This document shows positions 1-9,829 of a stretch of 64,000 nucleotides of DNA, piece by piece (the first letter of the stretch is position 1; each line of letters starts with the position of its first letter). The position numbers were made by a program, and so were the translations under genes. The stretch is from Mytilus edulis (Eukaryota). The DNA lies in NCBI RefSeq assembly GCF_963676685.1, contig NC_092352.1, positions 21,204,001 through 21,268,000 on the forward strand, in the 5' to 3' direction. The notes under the pieces were generated by a model that worked only from the letters and a program-made list of their open reading frames with translations, had not been told where the DNA came from and searched no databases.

Positions 1-39
1 GTAGTGGTATATTTTAATTGACTTGATGCTCTATTTTAG

Positions 40-3000
40 GCAGACTCACCCTATAGTAGTGGTAGATTTTTCTTGAGATTAGATTTTACCACAGACTTCC
101 CCTTTAAGCCACCAAAGGTAAGATCATAAACCGTTCAGTATTATAGTGACAAAATTATGTAAATAGTATATGCAAATTTTGACAAGAAGATGTTATTGAA
201 GAATTGATTTTGTTATTCAAATAGAAGGGTTACTCTTAATTTCCCTATTACTTTCTACATAAATATTCAGATAAGGAAAAAATTACGTAACAATGTCAAT
301 ATTTGGTTAAATTCTTCTTTAGTTTTTTGGAAAATCTTCGATCCCCTTTTGTATCATGTATCTAGTACAATGTTGAGAGATTGTGTGTGCCCTATTTGCA
401 ACAGAAAGGTATTTTTTTAAATGAAAAGTAAACAGTAAAAGCAAGCTCATAATTGTATGTATAATCAAATGAAGCACAATGCTTTCAAAGGGCAAGGTTC
501 ATAACATGATTATGAAGCAGACTAAAGGCGAAGTAAAGTAAATCTCTTCAACAAAGAACAATAGAGGCTCTAAAGTCAGTAAATTTTAAATGTAAAAATG
601 ATGATTTTGTGCATTTTCAGACCTAAACCTACAATCCAACATGTTATGTAACAAAACAAAAAAATCTTCTCCTTTGCAATCAGAAGTTTGCACTGGTGCA
701 GAGAAATCAATGTTTGTAATGATATTATTTGATATTCCACCAAAAAAAGAAGCTAAAAATCATCTGCTCAGAACAAAATTGAATAAAAAAAATTTGAGAG
801 ACAGTTTTATACAAAATTAATGTAATTTTTATCTTTGGTAGATATTATTCCAGACCAAAATTTATCATCCCAATGTTACTGAAGATGGTAAAATATGTGC
901 TGACTTCCTGACAGAGTGGAAACCATCATTTTCTATTGGATATAGTAAGTCTATATAACATGTGTTAATACTGAGAATTTATACACCTCCAGACCCACCA
1001 AAAAAGTCATACTTTACCAGCATCACAGATTTAAAACAGTTTGTTGATCCAATCCTAACCAATGAAGACAGTTTACAAAGATAAAGAATTTACTATTACA
1101 TATTTTATTTTGCCTATTTGCAAGTTAAACAATAGTATTCTGATTAAAGGATATAACATACATTAGCTGGGTAACACATCCAAATTATAAATGTCTTTTT
1201 TGCAGTGTTGCTATGATAGGCATACACAATTTGCTAAAAATTCATAAACTTCATCAAATCATTTTAACCGTTTCTTGAATTCATAAAAAAATCCCAAGAG
1301 ATTTTAATACTCCAAAAATAAACTGATTTAAAAAAAAAACTAATCCAACTCAAAGACCTATTAACTTAAGGAGGCTCGCGGGCACAAAAATTTCAGCAAA
1401 AAATTAAACATTTGTTTTTTCATTATAAATTTTATTTATTACACTATTAGTTATTACTTAATGAGATGGTACAAAAATCTACTAAAAAATCAATTCTGTT
1501 TGGCCCCAGATGACTTTTAAAATGTTAACATCATTGAAAAAGCTCCAAATTATCTCCCTGTCCATTTTTGGCATTAAAATTGAAATATCTTTTTTAACTC
1601 ATCGGTGACCTATATTTTTAGCTCACCTGTCCCGAAGGGACAAGTGAGCTTATGCCATCACTTGGCGTCCGTCGTCGTCCGTCGTCTGTCGTCGTCTGTC
1701 GTCTGTCGTCGTAAACTATTTCAAGAATCTTCTCCTCTGAAACTACTGGGCCAAATACTTTCAAACTTTAACTGAATGTTCCTTAGGGTATCTAATTTAT
1801 AAATTGTATCCGAAGTTTTGATCTATCAACAAACATGGTCGCCATTGCTAAAAATAGAACATAGGGGTCAAATGCAGTTTTTGGCTTATAACTCAAAAAC
1901 CAAAGCATTTAGAGAAAATCTGACATGGGGTAATATTGTTTATCAGGTCAAGATCTATCTGCCCTGAAATTTTCAGATGAATCAGACAACCCGTTGTTGG
2001 GTTGCTGCCCCTGAATTGGTAATTTTAAGGAAATTTTGCTGTTTTTGGTTATTATCTTGAATATTATTATAGATAGAGATAAACTGTAAACAGGAATAAT
2101 GTTCAGCAAAGTAAGATTTACAAATAAGTCAACATGACGGAAATGGTCAGTTGACCCCTTTAGGAGTTATTGCCCTTTATAGTCAATTTTTAACCATTTT
2201 TCGTAAATCTTAGTAATCTTTTACAAAAATCTTCTCCTCTGAAACTACTGGGCCAAATACTTCCAAACTTTAACTGAATGTTCCTTAGGGTATCTAGTTT
2301 GTAAATTGTATCCGAAGTTGTGATCAACAAACATGGTCGCCATTGCTAAAAATAGAACATAGGGGTCAAATGCAGTTTTTGGGTTATAACTCAAAAACCA
2401 AAGCATTTAGAGCAAATCTGACATGGGATAATATTGTTTATCAGGTCAAGATCTATCTGCCCTGAAATTTTCAGATGAATCAGATAACCTGTTGTTGGGT
2501 TACTGCCCCTGAATTGGTAATTTTAAAGAAATTTTGCTGTTTTTGGTTATTATCTTGAATATTATTATAGATAGAGATAAACTGTAAACAGGAATAATGT
2601 TCAGCAAAGTAAGATTTACAAATAAGTCAACATGACGGAAATGGTCAGTTGACCCCTTTAGGAGTTATTGCCCTTTATAGTCAATTTTTAACCATTTTTC
2701 GTAAATCTTAGTAATCTTTTACAAAAATCTTCTCCTCTGAAACTACTGGGCCAAATACTTCCAAACTTTAACTGAATGTTTCTTAGGGTATCTAGTTTGT
2801 AAATTGTATCCGAAGTTATGATCTATCAACAAACATGGTCGCCATTGCTAAAAATAGAACATAGGGGTCAAATGCAGTTTTTGGCTTATAACTCAAAAAC
2901 CAAAGCATTTAGAGCAAATCTGACGTTGGGTAATATTGTTTATCAGGTCAAGATCTATCTGCCCTGAAATTTTCAGATGAATCAGACAACCTTTTGTTGG

Positions 3001-5133
3001 GTTGCTGCCCCTGAATTGATAATTTTAAGGAAATTTTGCTGTTTTTGTTTATTATCTTGAATATAATTATAGATAGAAATAAACTGTAAACAGCAATAAT
3101 GTTCAGCAAAGTAAGATCTTCAATTAAGTCAATTAAGGAGTTATTGCCCTTTAAAGACTTTTTTCACAATTTGTTCATCATGTTGACTTACTTTAAAAAA
3201 TGTTCTCCTTTGAAACTGCTGTATCAATTTCAGCCAAACTTAGGCTAAATGAGTTTCAGAGTATCTAGTATAAATTTTATATTTTATTTCCTTGTATGTC
3301 AAGAAACATAGCTCCTATGGCTAAAATAGAACATAGGAGAAAATGATTATTTTTTTGGCTTTTGAAGAAAATAGGACGATCCAAAAAACATTTAAATAAA
3401 TTGAAAAGCCAAAATAATCATTGATGAGAGATTTAACCAAAAGAATTAAGGTGAGCGATTCAGGCTCTTGAGAGCCTCTTGTTTATTATTGTTTTCAAAT
3501 AAGCTAAATAATTGTAATATTTAAGCGATTTCTTTAATTTATTTTTTATAAATTTGATATTACCTCTATTTCTCCTATTAGTTCAACAGGAAAAAGGGAC
3601 ATTAACAAAAATGTATGCTTCTTTCAGAGGAAGATTGTGAGCTTAAATGAATGGTGACCCCATTTTTATGCCCCACCTACGATAGTAGAGGGGCATTATG
3701 TTTTCTGGTCTGTGCGTCCGTCCGTCCGTCCGTCCGTCCGTCTGTCCGTTCGTTCGTCCGTCCGTCTGTCCCGCTTCAGGTTAAAGTTTTTGGTCAAGGT
3801 AGTTTTTGATGAAGTTTAAGTCCAATCGACTTCAAACTTAGTACACATGTCCCCTATGATATGATCTTTCTAATTTTAATGCCAAATTAGAGTTTTTACC
3901 CCAATGTCACGGTCCACTGAACATGGAAAATGATAGTGCGAGTGTACTGAGGACACATTCTTGTTTTATTTAATTTTTCTATAAAGTATATGATAAAGTT
4001 CATTTATAAAAAAATTACAGCGAAATCCTATATTAGAAAAAAAAAATGGATTAATACCTGCGAGCCTCCTTAAGAAACAATGTGCAAAAACCCTAGTCAG
4101 ATTATCTCTCTCTGGGTCAAAAGTTATGTTATTTTTGCATATGTTTATAAACGATAACAGCTGGCAAAATAATTTCTATATTATGCTTCCTTTAGGACAG
4201 CTATGTGCACCAGTTGTGTGTAGCCAAGGATAATAGTTTAAAGTTTTTTGTTATATCATTTGGTTGCTGCTGCATTTAATATTCCCAACATGTTTTACAA
4301 GCCATACAGTCTTTACTTTTGTTTTTTTCAGTTTAACAAGCCATACAGTCTTTACTTTTGTTATACCCCCGCTTTGAAAAAAGGGGGGTATACTGTTTTA
4401 CCTCTGTCTGTCCTTCCCTCAGTCAGTCTGTCCGTCCCATGAATTTTTTTCGACGCATTTTTCTCACCATTTGATGCCTTTTCAGATTCATCACTCAACA
4501 ACTTCCTGTTTACCGAAAACTTGTATTATTTTACACATGATAACCAAGTTGAAAATTTCCGTCACATTTTTCTCAGGAACTACAATACAAGGATTTCTGA
4601 AATTTTGTTTCATGGTTTATATAAGTCTGCTATACCGTGTGATGCGTTTTCAGATTCATCACTCAACAACTTCCTGTTTACCGAACACTTGTACTATTTT
4701 ACACATGATAACCAAGTTGAAAATTTCTGTCACATTTTTCTCAGGAACTACAATACAAGGATTTCTGAAATTTGGTTTCAGGATTTATACAAGTCAGCTA
4801 TACCGTGTGATGCGTTTTCAGATTCATCACTCAACAACTTCCTGGTTACCGAACACTTGCATATTTTTACACTATTAAAATTATCCACTTGCGGCGGGGG
4901 TATCATCAGTGAGCAGTAGCTCACAGTTTCACTTGTTTTTTTCAGTTTTACAAGCCATAGTCTTTAGTCTTTTACTTTTGTTTTTTTCAGTTTTACAAGC
5001 CATACAGTCTTTACTTTTGTTCCCAAATGCAGATAATCCTGCTGCACCAGAAGTAGCGAAAGAATTTCTAGATAATAAAGAACAATTTGAGAAAACTGCA
5101 ATAGAATGGACTAAATCTTATGCTGTAGAATGA
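40..5133 (+). CDS. Ubiquitin-conjugating enzyme E2, divergent UBE2D/UBE2E-like (5'-partial; last three coding exons)
   Basis: Exons 40-117 (ADSPYSSGRFFLRLDFTTDFPFKPPK), 842-944 (ILFQTKIYHPNVTEDGKICADFLTEWKPSFSIGY; HPN motif and catalytic Cys) and 4991-5133 (ILQAIQSLLLFPNADNPAAPEVAKEFLDNKEQFEKTAIEWTKSYAVE*). All introns are GT-AG with phases 0 and 1, matching UBE2D-type intron positions. The N-terminus lies outside the window. Confidence 0.9.
1617..3483 (+). mobile_element. Helentron-associated (HINE/DINE-1/pearl-like) non-autonomous element with ~500-bp internal tandem repeats
   Basis: 5' GCTCACCT plus hairpin, (GTC)n microsatellite, repeats starting at 1726/2228/2726, 3' inverted AGGTGAGC and terminal hairpin AGGCTCTTGAGAGCCT, inserted in a T-run. 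Confidence 0.8.
3664..3965 (+). mobile_element. Short HINE-type element with (GTCC)n microsatellite
   Basis: TTTTTATGCCCC...GGGGCATT 5' hairpin, (CCGT)n tract, 3' GGACACATTCTTGTT end. Confidence 0.7.
4361..4936 (+). mobile_element. HINE-type element with 168-bp internal repeats
   Basis: 5' ATACCCCCGC, inverted subterminal GCGGGGGTAT, 3' hairpin GTGAGCAGTAGCTCAC; CAGATTCATCACTC recurs at 4483/4651/4819. Same family as 54531-55190. Confidence 0.8.
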
Positions 5134-5824
5134 GTTTTACAGAAAATTATGTAGGAAATATTTATGCTCTGTAACAATAGAATGACTTATTATACTGCAA
5201 CTGTGCTTATTGTGCAGTCAACATTCATTGAGCGTATAAATGTATGCTTTATGCAGTCACTAATTGTATAGTGCCTTGTTTGTGACAGTGATAATGTTTT
5301 TTGTGCTATGAAAAAATACAGATTTTTAGAATTTTTATGCAAATTCATAATTCTAATGGTTCCAAATATTTCATTTAGAACAGTTTTAAGTGTTGCATAA
5401 TAATTGAACAACCCATTTTTTTTTGTGTTCATTGCTCAAAACACGATAGAAATTTTCAGCAAAGCATAACTTCTACCTATTCCTAAGTCTTGTACAAATT
5501 AATTTCATAATTTGAGACAATATATAGTTATTTTATATCTATCACTACGTAAAAACATGATAATGGTATTTGAAGTTAATAAATATATACCTGTTTACCA
5601 TATGTTTTTATATTGGCAGCAACTGTTGGCAACCTTAGTCTTTTATATTTGGAATAATAAAAGTACAGTTTAGGTAACAGTACGTCCTAAAGATGAATGA
5701 ATTACTGTACAACAATTTTTTGTATGTTTGTATATTTAGTTTTCAGTTTTTTGTATTAATGGTTTATAACTGTTTTTGTGCATAATATAACTAATAACCA
5801 AAGATGAACACATGCATATGTTAA

Positions 5825-6195
5825 GGGAGTTCGCTTCTCAGTTTCAAAGTAATTAACTTTTCAAAAGATTAGTTTATATTCATAGGGGATTAATAAAGGA
5901 ATCCATAGAGCAAAAAAAATATAAAGGTCGCCATGCTCGTTTTCGATATATACGCCATTGAAATTTTGGCGGGAAAATATTCTCTTTTGACTTTTCATAG
6001 CTTTATTATTGACAAGTTAAAGTCTTCAAAAACTATTAAAAAGTAATTAACATTTTAAAAGACTTTAACAGACAGCTGAAAACTATACATGTAAAACAAT
6101 TATAAAAAGAAAAATTTGTTTATGCATTCCAATGGATAAAATCAGAGGATTCCGAAAATCTGAACAAAATTCTAAAACATGACAAGCCAGCTTCC
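5825..6195. mobile_element. Degenerate TTAA-flanked MITE (Kolobok-like)
   Basis: TTAA GGGAGTTCGCTTCTCA ... TGACAAGCCAGCTTCC TTAA; imperfect inverted termini. Confidence 0.5.
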
Positions 6196-7543
6196 TTAAA
6201 CCAAAGCTTATGTATTTATTGTTTCATTTTTTTTACAGTAAATACTTCGTATAATCTTATTAGAAACTGACAATTTATAACTATTTAAATGCACTTTGAA
6301 AATTGACTGTTCTGTTCTATATACCATTTAGGTAATAAAGATAACAAAGAGAAACTGAAAAAGGCCAGTGGTCGAAACTTCTTAAATTTAAAAACTACTG
6401 CAATAATTCATCTCAGACAATTGTCATTTGAACAAGACTTATGTGTGATATTTCAACTTTATAATAATGATTATAATTTTACTTCAAATCATTTAATCAG
6501 GACTGGATCAAATTTGAAATGAACTGACCAGATACATGTGAAATTGTTATTGTGTATGAATTTGTTGTGTTGTAATATGGAAAATGATTTAACATTCTTT
6601 GCTGTGAAAATGAAGGCAAGATTAACATACGGTAAACATATGAAACGAAAGATTCTGTTACCAAATTATCCCCCCTTCACACAATGTGTAATATCCTTTG
6701 ATGTTGTTTTTTTCTTTTATATTCATGTACTTGATTTAACATTCCACATGGTATATATATGGTACAAAGTATAATAAACATAAAATGCTACATTGCATCA
6801 TATGACAAAATTGGCAAAAATTTGTTCAATGGGAGATAACCCAAAGTTTGTTTTAAAACTGATGAGATCAAAAATGTCTTTTTTTCTCTCTCTGTATATA
6901 ATGTACTGATTAGTTAACTAATTGCTACACTATAAAATTTGTAATCCTGTCCTTAATTGGCCCTTTATTGGTTTAACAAACACGGTCCTGTATCATTTAA
7001 ACTAATTTATTCTCTACCCATTCTGATTTTGATCAAACTATAATTAAGACCAAGAATCTCAAACATAGCAAAAGTAAAGATATTAATGTAATGATACATG
7101 TTGAATGTCTAACAAAGTGAATTTGTGCATTTTCACTTTGTATGTCTTAATCAAGATTATCATACATAGCTAAACCATCAATCTGATACTGTTTTTTTAG
7201 GTTTGCAAACTTTTATATGATATGTTTATGTAAATAGGAAATATATATACCTGTATGTAGTATAAAAGTGATGCAGTTTCAATAAGATCTAATAAACGGA
7301 ACAATACAATCTCAGTTTGATTTGAAGGTAACAGGATTATGTTTGCTTTGCCACCTAATTTTATTAAATTTGAATATATACCATGTGTCAATATTTAATG
7401 TGATGTTGCTAGCTGAGCTGTGATATATTTTACAATAAACTCTCAGGAATTTATGTTTTGCTTAATTTGATTTGGTTCCCAGGAGTGGGCCTGTTTTGAG
7501 TGATCTACTTTTTGAATTTCCATTAAAATCCCTTATCTGTACA

Positions 7544-7783
7544 GGGGCCTCAGTGGCTAAGTGGTCTAAGTAGTTCTACTACCGGTCAACACTGAGGTTG
7601 GGAGTTCAAACACCACCCGTGCAGGGTCACTAGACTGAAATTTTTACTGACTACTATTTCCTATCGAAGGTCAGTGGTTTTCTCAGGACACACTAACTTC
7701 CTCCAACAAAAAAAACTTGCTGCCATGTAATAGCCTCAATGTTAGGCTTAAAGGTAGCATTAATACCCCAACAATCAATCAAT
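7544..7783 (+). mobile_element. tRNA-derived SINE with (CAAT)n tail
   Basis: Head GGGGCCTCAGTGGCTAAGTGG (A-box-like), GAGTTCAAAC (B-box-like), tail CAATCAATCAAT, 12-bp TSD CTTATCTGTACA at 7532-7543 and 7784-7795. Confidence 0.8.
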
Positions 7784-7896
7784 CTTATCTGTACAAGTTG
7801 ATATGTTTAACAATAAAATGAACATGTCTTTTAATATTGATGATGTAATTAGATGATAATACATTGAACCTTCTAATAATTTAATAATTTAGATCT

Positions 7897-8019
7897 AGAT
7901 TGATTGATTGGTGTTTAAAACAACTTTCAGAACTATTGAAATATTTCATGGCTGTCTGTTTTTATTTTGGTAGAGGGATCCAGAAAAAACTACCCACCTT
8001 CAGTAGGAAAACTGACAAT
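7897..8019 (-). mobile_element. SINE 3' fragment (same family as 7544-7783), truncated at the Penelope-derived array
   Basis: (GATT)n tail on the + strand and GAAAACTGACAATC body shared with the copies at ~14985-15222 and ~59060-59290. Confidence 0.6.
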
Positions 8020-8570
8020 CAGTAAAGACCCGTCGAAATTGCATTTAATTGATAAATTCAACCCTTAACTCAGTAAAAACCTGTCGAAATTGCATTTAAT
8101 TGATAAATTCAACCCTCAACTCAGTAAAAACCTGTCGAAATTGCATTTAATTGATAAATTCAACCCTCAACTCAGTAAAAACCTGTCGAAATTGCATTTA
8201 ATTGATAAATTCAACCCTCAACTCAGTAAAAACCTGTCGAAATTGCATTTAATTGATAAATTCAACCCTCAACTCAGTAAAAACCTGTCGAAATTGCATT
8301 TAATTGATAAATTCAACCCTCAACTCAGTAAAAACCTGTCGAAATTGCATTTAATTGATAAATTCAACCCTCAACTCAGTAAAAACCTGTCGAAATTGCA
8401 TTTAATTGATAAATTCAACCCTCAACTCAGTAAAAACCTGTCGAAATTGCATTTAATTGATAAATTCAACCCTCAACTCAGTAAAAACCTGTCGAAATTG
8501 CATTTAATTGATAAATTCAACCCTCAACTCAGTAAAAACCTGTTGAAATTGCATTTAATTGATAAATTCA
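8020..8570 (+). repeat. 51-bp tandem array (10 full units + 41-bp partial), derived from Penelope RT coding sequence
   Basis: Unit CAGTAAAAACCTGTCGAAATTGCATTTAATTGATAAATTCAACCCTCAACT starts at 8020, 8071, ... 8530; the internal units are identical. Confidence 0.95.
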
Positions 8571-9829
8571 TCAACACTTATCGTTATCTTGATGATATTT
8601 TTGTTAAATAAATTAATTATCAAGAATTTTCTCAATATACTGTTGAAATTTACCCCAAGGAACTTACTTTAAATGAATAAAATTTAGACCGTAATAACTG
8701 TCCTTTCCTAGATTTAGATATTTTGGTTTTAAACAGGAAACTCCACACTAAAATTTACAACAAAAGGGACGATTTTTCGTTCCCTATTGTTAATTTTCCA
8801 GTTTAAGATGGTGATGTTCCTTTGGCACTATCTTACGGTGTTTATATTTCACAGCTCGTTCGCTATGCCCGTGTCTGTTGTGACGCTTTTGATTTTAACG
8901 AATGTAATCTATGTATTACATGTAAATGATTAAACCAGGGATATCGTTACTACAAGCGATTTTGTTATCAGTAAATTAAAAGCAAACTAAATATTACTAT
9001 TATGTTATATACATTTACACATTCATAGATCTACAATCTGTCGATACCTGTATCTTGGCATTGTACAGGTTCATGTTTTTCTCTGACTGTTTATGACGTC
9101 TTTACACTAAATCCATTGGATGATGGATGTGTACTGATTGATATTTTAGTCTTAGATGCATGATTTTTTTAATTATTTGTTTGTGGCTTTCAACTAGCTG
9201 TCGGATAACTGTGAGTACTCTCAGATCTGATCTAGTTTCATTTTTGTTGTTGGGATGTACAGGTACCCGACCACGTCCACTTGTATTTCTGTCCATCTGA
9301 TGAGTTAATCCTTTTTCAACTGTTTTTTGTCAAGCCTAAGAAAGCTCGACATAGGGATAGTGATCTGGCGGCGCAGTTAGCTAACTTCTTAAAAGCTTTA
9401 TATTTTAGAAGGTGGAAGACCTGGATGCTTCATACTTTGTTTATAGATGCCTCATGTTACGAACTTTCCGTCAGTCACATGTCCAATGTCCTCGACCTCT
9501 TTTTCATGGTTCAGTGACTACTTGAAAAAAAAGTTGATTTTTTTTGTAATGTTAAATTCTTTCTAATTATAAGTAATAGAATAACTATATTTGGTATGTG
9601 CGTACCTTGCAAGGTCCTCATGCTAGTTAGACAGTTTTCACCTGACCTTGACCTCATTTCATGGATCAGTGAACAAGGTTAAGTTTTGGTGGTCAAGTTC
9701 ATATCTCAGATACTATAAGCACTAATTCTAGTATATTTGGTGTATGGAAGAACTGTAAGGTGTACATGTCCAACTGGCAGTCATCTGACCTTGACCTCAT
9801 TTTCATGGTTCAGTGATTAAAGTTGAGTT

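Larger units (their letters stand above)
1370..4069. mobile_element. TTAA-flanked non-autonomous DNA transposon (Kolobok-like MITE) hosting two nested insertions
   Basis: TTAA (1366-1369) GGAGGCTCGCGGG...CCTGCGAGCCTCC TTAA (4070-4073): terminal inverted repeats with GG..CC ends and a TTAA duplication. Confidence 0.75.

Noticed and set aside
4471-4919. 135-aa and 132-aa ORFs (and their counterparts at 54549-54997)
   Set aside because: These are translations of the 168-bp internal repeats of a non-autonomous element.
8090-8611. 173-aa repeat protein ORF
   Set aside because: It is the reading frame of a 51-bp tandem array fused to a dead Penelope RT. It has no ATG start and stops right after YLDD.
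9297-9330. Possible hammerhead ribozyme (CTGATGAG) in the Penelope 3' region
   Set aside because: No downstream GAAA core or closing helices, even after removing the nested insertion.
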